DNA of 55,996 bases from Candidatus Methylomirabilia bacterium (GCA_041497895.1 JBGQHJ010000013.1:1-55996); one strand, 5' to 3'; counted from the stretch's first letter, positions 37,319-50,911 are shown. Numbers and translations are program-made. The notes: a model not told the origin generated them from the sequence alone.

Positions 37319-37373
37319 AGGGTGGAATACCACGGTCAACCGGGGCCGGTCAACCCGCCGGGGCGAAATTAAG

Positions 37374-37402
37374 TTGACTCTCGGCAGGGCGGGTCTTAAC
37401 GT
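37374..37402 (+). promoter_or_regulatory. sigma70-type promoter of the malic enzyme gene
   Basis: TTGACT-17nt-TAACGT. Confidence 0.6.
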
Positions 37403-37446
37403 CTAAATGCCCGCCATGATGAGAAATTGTTGGTGACGAGAATCTG

Positions 37447-38883
<1,437 letters not shown>

Positions 38884-38891
38884 CCACCGCG

Positions 38892-39632
38892 GTGAGCCGT
38901 CCCGCGCCGCGCTGGTCCGTGGTCGTCCCCGCCTACAACGAGGCGGTGCGCCTGCCCGGCTACCTGAAGGACATCCAGGCCTACTTCGAGGGCCGCGACG
39001 AGTCGTACGAGGTGATCGTGGTGGACGACGGCAGCCGGGACAACACCGCCGAGCGCGTGCGCGAGGTGGCGGCGGGCCGGCCGGGGGTGATCGTGCACGC
39101 GCTCGCGCAGAACCGGGGCAAGGGGCACGCGGTGCGCGCGGGCATGGCCCGCGCGGTGGGGGCGCTCCGCCTGATGGCCGATGCCGACGGGGCGACCCCG
39201 ATCGCGGAGGTGGCGCGCCTCGAGGCGGCGATCGCGGCGGGCGCCGACATCGCGGTCGGCTCGCGGGTGCTCCAGGATCCCACCGTGGCCCGGCAGGTGC
39301 GCACCCACCGCATGCTCTCCGGCCACGTGTTCAACTTCCTGGTGCGGCGGCTCGGGGTGGTGGGCGTCGTCGACACCCAGTGCGGTTTCAAGCTCTTCCG
39401 CGGCGAGGTCGCGGCGGCGCTGTTCCCGCGGCTCGACACCGACGGCTTCGGCTTCGACGTCGAGCTGCTGCTGCTCGCCCAGCGGCGCGGCTACCGGGTC
39501 GCGGAGGTGCCGGTGAACTGGGCGGACCAGCCCGGCTCCAAGGTCGGGGTGCTGCGCGACGGGCCCCGCATGCTCCGCGAGGTCCTGGCCGCGCGCCGGC
39601 GCCTGGCCCGGCTTCCGGGAGGGCGGCCATGA
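38892..39632 (+). CDS. GT2 polyprenyl-phosphate glycosyltransferase (dolichyl-P glucosyltransferase-like)
   Basis: SVVVPAYNE, VVDDGSRD, NRGKG.AV, DADG, DTQCGFKLF, FDVE. Confidence 0.9.
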   Translation: MSRPAPRWSVVVPAYNEAVRLPGYLKDIQAYFEGRDESYEVIVVDDGSRDNTAERVREVAAGRPGVIVHALAQNRGKGHAVRAGMARAVGALRLMADADGATPIAEVARLEAAIAAGADIAVGSRVLQDPTVARQVRTHRMLSGHVFNFLVRRLGVVGVVDTQCGFKLFRGEVAAALFPRLDTDGFGFDVELLLLAQRRGYRVAEVPVNWADQPGSKVGVLRDGPRMLREVLAARRRLARLPGGRP

Positions 39633-40771
39633 TCGCGCGGCGCACGCAGGAGATCGAGCCGTTCCTCGCGGTGGAGGTCTTCCAGCGCGCCCAGGCCCTC
39701 GAGCGGCAGGGGATCGACGTCATCCACCTGGAATTCGGAGAGCCCGACTTCGACACGCCGGCGGTGATCCGGGAAGCGGCGGAGAAGGCGCTCAAGGACG
39801 GGCGCACGCGCTACGCCCACACCCTCGGCATCCTGCCGCTGCGCGAGGCGATCGCCGACCACTACCACACCCGTTACGGGGTGACGGTGTCGCCGGACCA
39901 GATCCTGGTGACCGCGGGGACCTCGCCGGCGATGCTGCTCCTGTTCAGCGCACTGCTCGACCCGGGCGACCAGGTGATCCTCTCCGATCCCTACTACGCC
40001 TGCTATCCCAAGTTCGTGAAGTTCGCGGAGGGCGAGCCGGTCTACGTGCCGGTGGAGGAGTCGGACGCCTTCCAGTACCGTCCGGACGCGGTGGCCGCGC
40101 GCCTCTCCCCGCGCACCAAGGCCCTGCTCGTGAACTCGCCGGCCAACCCGACCGGCACCGTGCTGAGCGCCGAGCGCCTCGCCGCCCTCTGCCGCCTCGG
40201 TCCCTGGGTGGTCTCGGACGAGATCTACCACGGGCTCACCTACGAGGGGCCGGAGCACACCGTGCTGGAGTTCACCGACCACGCGTTCGTGCTCAACGGG
40301 TTCTCCAAGGCCTTCGCGATGACCGGCTGGCGGGTGGGCTACGTGATCGCGCCCCCCGCCTTCATGCCCGCGCTGGCCGCGATGCACGGCAACTTCTTCA
40401 TCTCGACGAACGAGTTCGTCCAGTGGGCGGCGCTGGCCGCCCTGCGCGAGGCGGGGGAGGAGAGCGCCCGCTTCCGGCGGATCTTCGACGAGCGGCGGCG
40501 GGTGATGGTGGACGGCCTGCGATCGATCGGGCTCGGGGTGGGCGCGCCGCCCACCGGGGCCTTCTACGTCCTGGCCAACGCCCGCCGGTTCACCAGCGAT
40601 TCGCTCGCCTTCGCGTTCGAGATCCTCGAGCGCGCGCACGTGGGCGTCACGCCCGGGGTGGACTTCGGCCGCAACGCGGAGGGCTACCTCCGCTTCTCCT
40701 ACGCCCAGTCGACCGAGCGGATCCAGGAGGCGATGGGCCGCATCGGCCGGTTCCTGTCCGAGCGCCGGTGA
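39629..40771 (+). CDS. PLP-dependent class I/II aminotransferase
   Basis: GEPDF, NSP.NPTG, SDEIYHG, NGFSKAFAMTGWRVG, YLRFSYA. Confidence 0.93.
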   Translation: MIARRTQEIEPFLAVEVFQRAQALERQGIDVIHLEFGEPDFDTPAVIREAAEKALKDGRTRYAHTLGILPLREAIADHYHTRYGVTVSPDQILVTAGTSPAMLLLFSALLDPGDQVILSDPYYACYPKFVKFAEGEPVYVPVEESDAFQYRPDAVAARLSPRTKALLVNSPANPTGTVLSAERLAALCRLGPWVVSDEIYHGLTYEGPEHTVLEFTDHAFVLNGFSKAFAMTGWRVGYVIAPPAFMPALAAMHGNFFISTNEFVQWAALAALREAGEESARFRRIFDERRRVMVDGLRSIGLGVGAPPTGAFYVLANARRFTSDSLAFAFEILERAHVGVTPGVDFGRNAEGYLRFSYAQSTERIQEAMGRIGRFLSERR

Positions 40772-41196
40772 CCGACGCCGGCTGCGTGATGTGCGGCAAG
40801 TACGGTGCGGCCGGCCCGCGGCTCATCGCCGAGCTCGAGACCGCGCGGGCCTTCCTCCACGAGGACCAGTTCTTCCCGGGCTACGTGCTCCTGGTCCTCC
40901 GCCGCCACGCCACCGAGCTCTACGAGCTCGAGGCGGGGGAGCGCCGGGCGCACCTGGAAGAGGTGAGTCGCGTGGCCAAGGCCCTCGCCCGTGCCTTCCA
41001 GCCGGTGAAGATGAACTACGAGCTGCTCGGCAACCAGGTGCCGCACATTCACTGGCATCTGGTCCCCCGCCTTCCGGCCGACCCGGATCTCCGCGCGCCC
41101 ATCTGGCGCGTCGACCACCGGCCGGCCCCGCTCGCTCCCGCGGCGGCTCGCGAGCGGATCGAGCTCATCCGGCGCGCCCTCGACGCGTCCACCTGA
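40768..41196 (+). CDS. HIT family hydrolase
   Basis: CxxC N-terminus, KMNYELLGNQVPHIHWHLVPR. Confidence 0.9.
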   Translation: MTDAGCVMCGKYGAAGPRLIAELETARAFLHEDQFFPGYVLLVLRRHATELYELEAGERRAHLEEVSRVAKALARAFQPVKMNYELLGNQVPHIHWHLVPRLPADPDLRAPIWRVDHRPAPLAPAAARERIELIRRALDAST

Positions 41197-41200
41197 CGCG

Positions 41201-41941
41201 ATGGATCCGTCGTACGCCGCGGTGCACGCGGAGGAGGACCGGACCCACTGGTGGTTCCAGGGCCGGCGCGCGGTGCTCCTCTCCGAGCTGGCGCGCTGCC
41301 TGCCGGAGGGGCCGCGCCGGCTGGCCGAGATCGGCTGCGGCAGCGGCGGGATGCTCGAGTCGCTGGCGCGCTTCGGCCCCGCGGTCGGCGTCGAGACCGA
41401 CCCCGCCCTGCGCGAGCACGCGCGGGCGCGGGGGCTCGACGTGCGGGCCGGATCGCTGCCGGACGACGTGCCGCTCGAGGCCGGCCGCTGGGACGCGGTG
41501 TGCCTCTTCGACGTGCTGGAGCACGTCGCGGACGACGCGGGCGCTCTTGCCGCGTGCCGCCGCCTCCTGGCGCCGGGAGGCCGCCTGATCGTCACGGTGC
41601 CGGCCTACGCCTGGCTCTGGAGCCGCCACGACGAGCTGCTGGGCCACCGGCGGCGCTATACCACCGGCTCGCTGCGGGCCGTCGCCCTGGCCGCGGGCTT
41701 CGCGGTGGAGCGGCTCACCTACTTCAACACCCTGCTCGCCCCGCCGATCATGGCGGTGCGGATCGCGCGGACGGCCCTGCGGCGTCCCGGCCACGACCTC
41801 GACCGGCCCGCTCCGCTCGTCAATCGGCTGCTGGCGCGAGCCTTCGCCGCCGAGGCGCGCCTCCTGCGCCGCGTCTCGCTGCCGTTCGGCATCTCGGTCC
41901 TCCTGATCGCGCGCGTCGCCCCCGCAGCGACCGGCCGATGA
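41201..41941 (+). CDS. Class I SAM-dependent methyltransferase
   Basis: HWWF..RR, EIGCGSG, FDVLEH, VTVPA..WLWS.HD...GHRRRY. Confidence 0.88.
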   Translation: MDPSYAAVHAEEDRTHWWFQGRRAVLLSELARCLPEGPRRLAEIGCGSGGMLESLARFGPAVGVETDPALREHARARGLDVRAGSLPDDVPLEAGRWDAVCLFDVLEHVADDAGALAACRRLLAPGGRLIVTVPAYAWLWSRHDELLGHRRRYTTGSLRAVALAAGFAVERLTYFNTLLAPPIMAVRIARTALRRPGHDLDRPAPLVNRLLARAFAAEARLLRRVSLPFGISVLLIARVAPAATGR

Positions 41942-44133
41942 CCGGCCGCCCCGCGGTGGCGGTGGCCGCCCTGCTGGCGGGGCTCGGGATCGTCATGGCG
42001 ACGTGGCTCGCCATCGATCGCCGCCCGCCCGAGTGGGACCACGCCAACCACCTCGAGCGCGCGGTGCTCTGCCAGCGGAGCCTCGCCGAGCCGGCGCCGG
42101 AGGCGCTCCAGGAGATCATCGCGGAGTCGAGCTTCTACCCGCCGATCGTGACCTGCGCGGCGGGTGCGGTCGGCCTCGTGCTGCCGCCGCTCGTCGCGGC
42201 GCACGCGGTGATGTGGGCGGCGCTCGTCGTGGGCACGCTCGCGGTGCTCGGGCTCGGTCGCCGTCTCCTCGATCCCGCGGCCGGGCTCCTGGCCGCCTTC
42301 CTCTTCGCGACCGCGCCCTTCGTGGTGTTCTCGCTCACGAACTTCCAGCTCGATCTGCCGCTCGCCGCCATGGTGGCCCTCGCCCTCTACGCGCTCGCGC
42401 GCAGCGAGGCGCTCGCGGAGTGGCGGTGGTCTCTCGGCCTGGGTGTGGTCATGGGGCTCGGCATGCTGACGAAGCCCCCGTTCGCCGCGTACGTGTCGGG
42501 CGCGCTCCTGTGGGCCGCCTGGCGGGCGGTCCGCGCCCCGGACCGGCGCGACCGCCTCGCGCGTCTCCTGGCCGCCCTCGGGGTGGCGGCCCTGATCGCG
42601 CTGCCGTGGTACGGCCCGCGCCTGGTCGGGCTGCCGATGCAGGTCCTCAATCGCTCGTTCAAGCAGGCCGCCGAGTCCGGGCACGCCCCCGCGCTCACCT
42701 CCGGGGCGCTGCTCTTCTACCCGCGATGGATCGTCCCCCAGTTCGGGCTGCTCGCCACGCTGCTGCTGCTCGGGGGCGTGGTGGCGCTCGCGCGGAGCGA
42801 TCGCGCGCGGGGCCTCGTGTGGGCCACGCTGGCCCCGACCGTGATCTTCTTCCTGATCCAGAACAAGAACCTGCGCTACACGCTGCCGCTCCTGCCCGCC
42901 GCCGCGCTGGCCGCGGCGGCCGCGGGGGCGGCCCTCGGGCCCCGGGCGCGCCGCGCGGTGTCGTGGGCCTGCGTGGCGGTGGGCGCGCTGCAGGTCGGCT
43001 CCGCCGCGTTCGCGATGCCGTCGCCCACCGTGCTCGCGCCCATCGTGCCGATCGTGGCCTTCTCGCGACCACCGGACGGCCGCGACTGGCATCACCGCGA
43101 GCTCCTCGCCGCCATCGTCGGGGCCGCCGGCCCGGGCGGGGTCCGGGTGGCGGTCGTCCCCAACGACAACTTCTTCTCGGTCTCGAACTTCCGCTACGAG
43201 GTCGTACGGGATCGCCTGCCCCTCCGGCTCTCGCGCGCGTGGGACCAGGGGCCGATGGCGGTCGACTTCGCGATCGTGAAGACGGGCGACCAGGGACCGG
43301 ACGCCGCCTCGGCCAAGCCCGATCGGATCATGGCCGCACTCGAGGGTGGCGATCCCTGGCTGGCCGCGACCTTCCCGGTGATCGCCCGCGTCCCGCTGCC
43401 GGACGGCAGCGAGGGCATGGTGCGGATGCGGCGCCTCGAGCCCGTCCGCGCGCTCACCGCCGCCCAGCTCGCGGAGCGCCTGCGGCGGGGGGGCGAGGCG
43501 CTGCTGGCCGACGTGGTGCGCGAGGCCCGCGGGCTGCGGATCACCCTCGACTACCGCGACGAGGCGCTCCGGGCGGGTCAGATCGACGGCGTGACGCTCG
43601 AGGCCGAGTCCGCGCTGGTGGGCGAGTTCGCGCGCCGCAAGCCGCCGCTCCGCATCGGGCCGGTGCGGGTCCGGGCGCGCGGTATCGTGGTCAACCCGGG
43701 TCGGCTCGCCGCGACCGGCGCGGTCGAGCTGCTGGACGTCCGCTCCCTCGCGGTCGAGCGGCTCGGCGTCGCCCAGGAGGACCTGGCCGAGTTCCTCGCC
43801 CTGCAGCGAGGCCTCTCCGGGCTCGGCGTCGCCATGGAGCGGTGCGGGATCGCGGTGCACTGGTCGCTGCCCGGGCCGGACCTGCGGGCGCGCCTCGGGC
43901 TCGAGGCGGGGCCGGGGGCCGCCCCGTTCGCCCTGCGCGCCGACCGGGTGAGCTACGGCGGGATGCGCGTGCCCGCCCTCCTCGTGCACTGGATCGTGAG
44001 AAACTTCGACCCGACCCCGCGCCTGCGGCGACTGCCCATGGCGGTGTCGGTGGCCCCGATCTCCATCGGGGCAGGGCGGCTCGAGGTCGGGATCGACCCG
44101 GACCCGCTCTGCCCGCCAAAGGAGTCACGCTGA
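41938..44133 (+). CDS. ArnT/PMT-like GT-C (family 39) membrane glycosyltransferase with C-terminal extra domain
   Basis: P.WD.ANH, YPP, multiple TM helices, LD.P, GMLTK, PWY, NKNLRY..P.LP; C-terminal beta-rich LmeA/DUF2993-like region. Confidence 0.78.
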   Translation: MTGRPAVAVAALLAGLGIVMATWLAIDRRPPEWDHANHLERAVLCQRSLAEPAPEALQEIIAESSFYPPIVTCAAGAVGLVLPPLVAAHAVMWAALVVGTLAVLGLGRRLLDPAAGLLAAFLFATAPFVVFSLTNFQLDLPLAAMVALALYALARSEALAEWRWSLGLGVVMGLGMLTKPPFAAYVSGALLWAAWRAVRAPDRRDRLARLLAALGVAALIALPWYGPRLVGLPMQVLNRSFKQAAESGHAPALTSGALLFYPRWIVPQFGLLATLLLLGGVVALARSDRARGLVWATLAPTVIFFLIQNKNLRYTLPLLPAAALAAAAAGAALGPRARRAVSWACVAVGALQVGSAAFAMPSPTVLAPIVPIVAFSRPPDGRDWHHRELLAAIVGAAGPGGVRVAVVPNDNFFSVSNFRYEVVRDRLPLRLSRAWDQGPMAVDFAIVKTGDQGPDAASAKPDRIMAALEGGDPWLAATFPVIARVPLPDGSEGMVRMRRLEPVRALTAAQLAERLRRGGEALLADVVREARGLRITLDYRDEALRAGQIDGVTLEAESALVGEFARRKPPLRIGPVRVRARGIVVNPGRLAATGAVELLDVRSLAVERLGVAQEDLAEFLALQRGLSGLGVAMERCGIAVHWSLPGPDLRARLGLEAGPGAAPFALRADRVSYGGMRVPALLVHWIVRNFDPTPRLRRLPMAVSVAPISIGAGRLEVGIDPDPLCPPKESR

Positions 44134-44852
44134 TGGCCGAGAGCCTGGCCGACAAGAAGGCGCGGGCCCGGAAGATCGTGAGCCGCCTCGCCCGGACCTA
44201 CCCGGACGCACGAACCGAGCTCCACTTCACGACGCCGCTCGATCTCCTGGTCGCCACGATCCTGTCCGCCCAGTGCACGGACGAGCGCGTCAACGCGGTC
44301 ACCGCGCAGCTGTTTCCGCGCTACCGCCGGGCCCAGGACTGGGCGGACCTCCCGCTCCCGACGCTGGAGAAGGAGATCCACTCGACCGGCTTCTTCCGGG
44401 CCAAGGCCCGCTCGATCGTCGGGATGGCGCGCGGGCTGGTCGAGCGTCACGGGGGCGAGGTGCCCCGCACCCTCGAGGCGCTCGTCGCCCTGCCCGGGGT
44501 AGGGCGGAAGACCGCGAACGTGGTGCTCGGCAACGCCTTCGGCATCCCCGCCCTGGCGGTCGACACCCACGTGTTCCGGGTCTCGCAGCGGCTCGGCCTG
44601 GCCCGTGGGGACGATCCCGAGAAGATCCACGACCAGCTCTGCCTGGTGCTGCCCAAGCCGGGCTGGACCCAGGCGAGCCACCTCCTCATCCTGCACGGCC
44701 GGCGGGTGTGCTTCGCCCGGAACCCGGCTTGCCCGACCTGCCCGGTGGAGCCGCTCTGCCCCTGGCCCGGCAAGACCAAGCCGGGCAAGCCCAAGGCGGC
44801 CAAGCCCGCCCGGAGCGCGCCCCGGGCCCGCTCCCGACGGTCAAGCAGTTGA
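44133..44852 (+). CDS. nth: Endonuclease III
   Basis: LLVATILSAQCTD.RVN, LPGVGRKTANVV, VDTHV.R, C.AR.P.C..C.....C. Confidence 0.96.
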   Translation: MAESLADKKARARKIVSRLARTYPDARTELHFTTPLDLLVATILSAQCTDERVNAVTAQLFPRYRRAQDWADLPLPTLEKEIHSTGFFRAKARSIVGMARGLVERHGGEVPRTLEALVALPGVGRKTANVVLGNAFGIPALAVDTHVFRVSQRLGLARGDDPEKIHDQLCLVLPKPGWTQASHLLILHGRRVCFARNPACPTCPVEPLCPWPGKTKPGKPKAAKPARSAPRARSRRSSS

Positions 44853-44877
44853 CCCGGTGGGGGCTTTCTCTTATGAT
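44849..44877 (+). promoter_or_regulatory. sigma70 promoter of rplM-rpsI
   Basis: TTGACC-17nt-TATGAT. Confidence 0.7.
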
Positions 44878-44912
44878 TACCCGTTGCCATTCATTCAATC
44901 CGGACGGAGAGC

Positions 44913-45356
44913 ATGACGACAGTAATGCCGAAGGAAGCGGACGTGGAGCGCAAGTGGTTCCTGGTCGACGCCACTGATCGGGTGCTGGGCCGTCTCGCCA
45001 CCCAGGTCGCGACGATCCTCCGGGGCAAGCACAAGCCGCAGTTCTCGCACCACCTCGACGTGGGCGACCACGTGGTGGTGATCAACGCGGAGAAGATCCA
45101 CCTGACCGGGCGCAAGCTGACCGACAAGATCTACCGCTGGCACAGCGGCTACATCGGAGGCCTGCGCGAGGTGAGCGCGGAGCGGATGATCAAGACCCAT
45201 CCCGAGCGCGTGATCGAGTGGGCGGTGCAGGGCATGCTCCCCAAGGGCCGCCTGGGCCGCGCGATGGCCAAGAAGCTGAAGGTCTACAAAGGGGCGGAGC
45301 ACCCGCACGCCGCCCAGAAGCCCGAGCCGCTCGCCACGCGCGCGCGCGCCCGCTGA
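44913..45356 (+). CDS. rplM: 50S ribosomal protein L13
   Basis: WFLVDA...LGRLA, LRGKHKP, GMLPK, LKVY.G..HPH.AQ.P. Confidence 0.98.
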   Translation: MTTVMPKEADVERKWFLVDATDRVLGRLATQVATILRGKHKPQFSHHLDVGDHVVVINAEKIHLTGRKLTDKIYRWHSGYIGGLREVSAERMIKTHPERVIEWAVQGMLPKGRLGRAMAKKLKVYKGAEHPHAAQKPEPLATRARAR

Positions 45357-45364
45357 GGAGCCCC

Positions 45365-45760
45365 ATGGCCGTCGTCACTCGTTTCTACGGAACCGGACGC
45401 CGCAAGACCTCGGTGGCCCGTGTCTGGCTGCGGGCGGGCAGCGGCCGCATCCTGGTCAACCGGCGCCCCTTCGAGGACTACTTCCCGCGCGAGACGCTGC
45501 GCATGGTCATCTCGCAGCCGCTCCAGCTCACGAACACCCTCGGCCAGTTCGACGCCATCGTGAACGTGGGCGGCGGCGGCCCGACCGGCCAGGCGGGGGC
45601 GGTGCGTCACGGCATCGCGCGGGCCCTGCTGCAGTTCGACGACAAGCTGCGCCAGACGCTCAAGCGGGCCGGCCTGCTCACCCGTGATCCGCGGATGAAG
45701 GAGCGCAAGAAGTACGGTCAGCCGGGCGCGCGGTCGAAGTTCCAGTACTCGAAGCGGTAG
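45365..45760 (+). CDS. rpsI: 30S ribosomal protein S9
   Basis: [35 protein letters not shown]...AR..FQYSKR. Confidence 0.98.
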   Translation: MAVVTRFYGTGRRKTSVARVWLRAGSGRILVNRRPFEDYFPRETLRMVISQPLQLTNTLGQFDAIVNVGGGGPTGQAGAVRHGIARALLQFDDKLRQTLKRAGLLTRDPRMKERKKYGQPGARSKFQYSKR

Positions 45761-45778
45761 CCCACCCCGAGGTCGGTC

Positions 45779-46828
45779 ATGCTGCGAGTCGCGGTCACCG
45801 GGGCCAGTGGGTACATGGGCGCGGAGCTGCTGCGCCTGCTCTCCGTCCATCCCAAGGTGCGCATCACCGCGGTCACCTCGGAGCGCCTCGCCGGGGAGCG
45901 CCTCGACAAGAGCTACCCGCACCTGCGCGGGCTCAGCGACCTCGTCTTCCAGGACATAGAGCCCAATCGGCTCGCCGCCGAGTCGGACCTGGTCTTCCTG
46001 GCGCTGCCGCACATGGAGTCGCAGCGGCTGGTCCCGGTGCTGCGCCGCCACGGCCGGAAGGCGATCGATCTCTCGGCGGACTACCGCTTGAAGGACGCCG
46101 CGCTGTACACCACCTGGTACAAGGCGCCGCACGAGGACGCGGCGGGCCTCGCGGAGGCGGTGTACGGCCTGCCCGAGCTGCACCGCAAGCAGATCGCGAC
46201 CGCGTCGCTGGTCGCCTCGCCGGGCTGCTATCCGATGGGGGCGGTGCTCGCCACCGCGCCGCTGCTGAAGAGCGGCCGGGGTGCGGTCGACGGCATCGTG
46301 ATCGACGGCAAGTCGGGGGTCACCGGCGCGGGCGCGCAGGGACGCAAGGCCGAGCCGATGTACCTCTTCACCGAGGCCAACGAGAACGTGCAGGCCTACG
46401 GCATGGCCACCCATCGCCACACGCCCGAGATCGAGCAGGAGCTGTCCGCGCTCGCGGGCCGGCCGGTGGTGGTGAGCTTCACCCCGCACCTCGTTCCGCT
46501 CAACCGGGGCCTGTTCACCACCGCGTCCGTCCCGCTGACCCGGCCGGCCACCACCGCGGAGCTGGTCGCGCTCTACCGCGAGTTCTACGCGGGCGAGCCG
46601 TTCGTGCGCGTGCTCGACGAGGGGCAGCGTCCGACCACTCGATCGGTCGTGGGCTCGAACTTCTGCGACGTCACGGTGGTGGCCGACCCGCGCACGCATC
46701 GCGCGGTCTGCGTGTCCGCGCTCGACAACCTGGGCAAGGGCGGCTCCGCCAACGGCATCCAGAGCCTCAACATCATGATGGGGTGGGACGAGCGGACCGG
46801 TCTCGAAGCGCCTCCGGTGTATCCGTAG
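45779..46828 (+). CDS. argC: N-acetyl-gamma-glutamyl-phosphate reductase
   Basis: GASGY.G.EL, IDLSADYR, PGCYP, HRH.PEI, DNLGKG. Confidence 0.96.
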   Translation: MLRVAVTGASGYMGAELLRLLSVHPKVRITAVTSERLAGERLDKSYPHLRGLSDLVFQDIEPNRLAAESDLVFLALPHMESQRLVPVLRRHGRKAIDLSADYRLKDAALYTTWYKAPHEDAAGLAEAVYGLPELHRKQIATASLVASPGCYPMGAVLATAPLLKSGRGAVDGIVIDGKSGVTGAGAQGRKAEPMYLFTEANENVQAYGMATHRHTPEIEQELSALAGRPVVVSFTPHLVPLNRGLFTTASVPLTRPATTAELVALYREFYAGEPFVRVLDEGQRPTTRSVVGSNFCDVTVVADPRTHRAVCVSALDNLGKGGSANGIQSLNIMMGWDERTGLEAPPVYP

Positions 46829-46833
46829 CCCGC

Positions 46834-48048
46834 ATGCCGGACTTCCAGTGGCTGGAAGGTGGCATCACCGCCGTGCCCGGCATCCTCGCCTCCGGCATCG
46901 CGGCGGGCATCAAGCCCAGCGGCAAGAAGGACCTCGCCCTCGTGTACTCCTCGTCGCCCGCGCGCGCGGCCGCGGTCTTCACCACCAATCAGATCAAGGG
47001 CGCGCCGGTGCTGGTCTCACAGGAGCACGTGCGGGACGGCCGGGCCCAGGCCATCCTCGCCTCCGCGGGCTGCTCCAACGTCTGCACCGGTGAGCAGGGG
47101 GTGAAGGACGCGCGCGAGATGACCCGGATCACCGGCGAGCTGCTCCGCATCCCGCCGCGGCAGGTCCTGATCGCCTCCACCGGGGTGATCGGCCAGCCCC
47201 TGCCCATGGACAAGATCCGGGCCGGGCTGCCCAAGCTGGTGAAGGGGCTCTCGCCGCAGGGGGGACGGCTCGCCGCCGAGGCGATCATGACCACCGACAC
47301 GCGGCCCAAGGAAGCGGCCCTGCGGGTCGACGTGGCCGGGCGGCCGGTGACCATCGGCGGCATCGCCAAGGGCGTCGGCATGATCGAGCCGCACATGGCG
47401 ACCATGTTCTGCTTCCTCGCCACCGACGCGATGGTCGCGCGCGACTCGCTGCCGCGCGTGCTCCGGCGCGCGGTGGACGGCTCGTTCAACCGCATCACGG
47501 TGGACGGCGATCAATCCACGAGCGACACGGTGGCGCTGCTCGCCAACGGGCTCGCCGAGAACGCGCCGCTCGAGCGGGGGGGCAAGGGCCTCCGCCAGTT
47601 CGCCCGCGCGCTCGAGGCCATCGCCGAGCGCCTCGCCCGCATGCTCGTCGAGGACGGGGAAGGCGCGACCAAGCTCGTGGAGATCGCGGTCCGCGGCGCA
47701 CGCACCCGGCGCGAGGCGGTGCTGGCCGCCCGCTCGGTGGCCAACTCGCCGCTCGTGAAGACCGCGATCAACGGCGCCGACCCCAACTGGGGCCGCATCA
47801 TGATGGCCCTCGGCAAGGGACCGGCCCGGGTGGCCGCCGACCGGGTGGCCATCGCGATCGGCGGCGAGTCGCTCGTGGAGAAGGGGATGCTGCGGGCGGG
47901 GGCCCGGATCGACCGGATCCACGAGGTGATGGGCGGGTCGAGCTACACCATCGCGATCGACCTGGGACTGGGGCGGGGCGAGGACTCGGTGTGGACATCG
48001 GACCTCAGTGAGGAGTACGTTCGAATCAACGCGAAGTACACGACCTAA
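46834..48048 (+). CDS. argJ: Bifunctional ornithine acetyltransferase ArgJ
   Basis: STGVIG, AIMTTDT, KGVGMI.P.MATM, DGEGATK, D.NWGR, YV.INA.Y.T. Confidence 0.96.
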   Translation: MPDFQWLEGGITAVPGILASGIAAGIKPSGKKDLALVYSSSPARAAAVFTTNQIKGAPVLVSQEHVRDGRAQAILASAGCSNVCTGEQGVKDAREMTRITGELLRIPPRQVLIASTGVIGQPLPMDKIRAGLPKLVKGLSPQGGRLAAEAIMTTDTRPKEAALRVDVAGRPVTIGGIAKGVGMIEPHMATMFCFLATDAMVARDSLPRVLRRAVDGSFNRITVDGDQSTSDTVALLANGLAENAPLERGGKGLRQFARALEAIAERLARMLVEDGEGATKLVEIAVRGARTRREAVLAARSVANSPLVKTAINGADPNWGRIMMALGKGPARVAADRVAIAIGGESLVEKGMLRAGARIDRIHEVMGGSSYTIAIDLGLGRGEDSVWTSDLSEEYVRINAKYTT

Positions 48049-48170
48049 CACGCACGGTTGCGAGCTTCGGTCTCCGCGGGCCGCGTCGGCCCCCGGGGAA
48101 GTGTCGCCCCCCTTTCCGGGGGCCGACCGCTCGCAGCCGGAGGCCAACCGAACGACGACGGAAAGGAACG
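48049..48170 (+). ncRNA. rpsB 5' leader (t44/S2-leader-like structured RNA)
   Basis: CACGCAC start, CGGTTGCGAGC/GCTCGCAGCCG stem enclosing GTCGGCCCCCGG/CCGGGGGCCGAC, then GGAGGCCAACC; directly upstream of rpsB. Confidence 0.6.
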
Positions 48171-48177
48171 CCGGACC

Positions 48178-48954
48178 ATGGCAACGCTGACCATGAAGGA
48201 GCTGCTGGAGGCCGGGGTGCACTTCGGCCACCAGACCAAGCGCTGGAACCCGAAGATGCAGAAGTACATCTTCGGCGAGCGCAACGGCATCTACATCATC
48301 GATCTACAAAAGACCCTCAAGAAGTTCCGCGAGGCCTACGCCTTCGTGCGCGACCTCGCCGCCGACGGCGGCACCGTGCTGTTCGTGGGCACCAAGAAGC
48401 AGGCCCAGGAGACGGTGCTGGAGGAAACGGCCCGCTGCGGGCAGTTCTACGTCAACCACCGCTGGCTGGGCGGCACCCTCACCAACTTCACCACGATCCG
48501 GAAGTCGATCGCGCGGCTCAAGAAGCTCGACGAGATGAGCGAGACCGGCGAGTACGAGCGGCTGCCCAAGAAGGAAGTGATCGGGCTCGAGCGCGAGCGG
48601 GCCAAGCTCCAGAGCGCGCTGGTCGGCATCAAGACCATGGACCGGCTCCCCTCCGCGATCTTCATCATCGACCCCAAGAAGGAGTCGATCGCGGTGGAAG
48701 AGGCGCGCCGGCTCGCGATCCCGATCGTGGCGATCGTGGACACCAACTGCGACCCCTCCGGGATCGATTACCCGGTGCCGGGCAACGACGACGCGATCCG
48801 CTCGGTGCGCCTGATCACCTCGCGCATCGCGGACGCGATCATCGAGGGCAGCGGCACCCTGGCCAAGCAGGAGGTGGAGGAGATCCCGGCCTCGCCGGAC
48901 CTGCCGCTGGTGACCGAGGCCGAGATGTCGGCGACGGCGGAGCCGGGCGCCTGA
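48178..48954 (+). CDS. rpsB: 30S ribosomal protein S2
   Basis: [42 protein letters not shown]. Confidence 0.98.
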   Translation: MATLTMKELLEAGVHFGHQTKRWNPKMQKYIFGERNGIYIIDLQKTLKKFREAYAFVRDLAADGGTVLFVGTKKQAQETVLEETARCGQFYVNHRWLGGTLTNFTTIRKSIARLKKLDEMSETGEYERLPKKEVIGLERERAKLQSALVGIKTMDRLPSAIFIIDPKKESIAVEEARRLAIPIVAIVDTNCDPSGIDYPVPGNDDAIRSVRLITSRIADAIIEGSGTLAKQEVEEIPASPDLPLVTEAEMSATAEPGA

Positions 48955-48980
48955 CGCCCCGAGGCGAGGACACCCACGTC

Positions 48981-50340
<1,360 letters not shown>

Positions 50341-50343
50341 GCC

Positions 50344-50904
50344 ATGACGCAACAAGCGGTGCAGAAGGACTTCGAGACCCGGATGCAGGCCGCCGTCGAC
50401 GCGCTCACGCGGGAGTTCGCGAGCGTCCGCACCGGCCGCGCCAACGCGGCGCTGCTGGACGCGGTGCGCGTCGAGGCCTACGGCAACATGACCCCGATCA
50501 ACCAGGTCGCGTCGGTGTCGGTGCCCGACCCGCGCACGATCCTGATCCAGCCGTGGGACGCCTCCCAGCTGAAGGAGATCGAGAAGGGCATCGTCAAGTC
50601 GGACCTGGGGCTGAGCCCGGGCAACGACGGCAAGGTCATCCGGCTCACCATGCCGACCTTGACCGAGGAGCGGCGCAAGCAGCTCGCCAAGACGGTGGGC
50701 AAGTTCGCGGAGGACGCGCGGGTCGCGATCCGCAATGCCCGGCGCGAGGCCAACGACAAGATGAAGGCCCTCGCCAAGGACAAGAAGATCTCCGAGGACG
50801 AGGAGCGCCGCGGCCACGACCAGATCCAGAAGGCCACCGACCGCTTCACCGCCAAGGTCGACGAGCTGACGAAGAAGAAGGAGCAGGAGCTGCTGACCGT
50901 CTAG
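50344..50904 (+). CDS. frr: Ribosome recycling factor
   Basis: RTGRA, I.PWD, P.LTEERRK.L.K, RVAIRN.RR. Confidence 0.97.
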   Translation: MTQQAVQKDFETRMQAAVDALTREFASVRTGRANAALLDAVRVEAYGNMTPINQVASVSVPDPRTILIQPWDASQLKEIEKGIVKSDLGLSPGNDGKVIRLTMPTLTEERRKQLAKTVGKFAEDARVAIRNARREANDKMKALAKDKKISEDEERRGHDQIQKATDRFTAKVDELTKKKEQELLTV

Positions 50905-50911
50905 CAGACGG

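Noticed and set aside
45779..48048. argC-argJ embedded between rpsI and rpsB as a novelty
   Set aside because: Both are ordinary intact enzymes and I recall similar ordering in other bacteria; nothing in the sequence suggests a new function.
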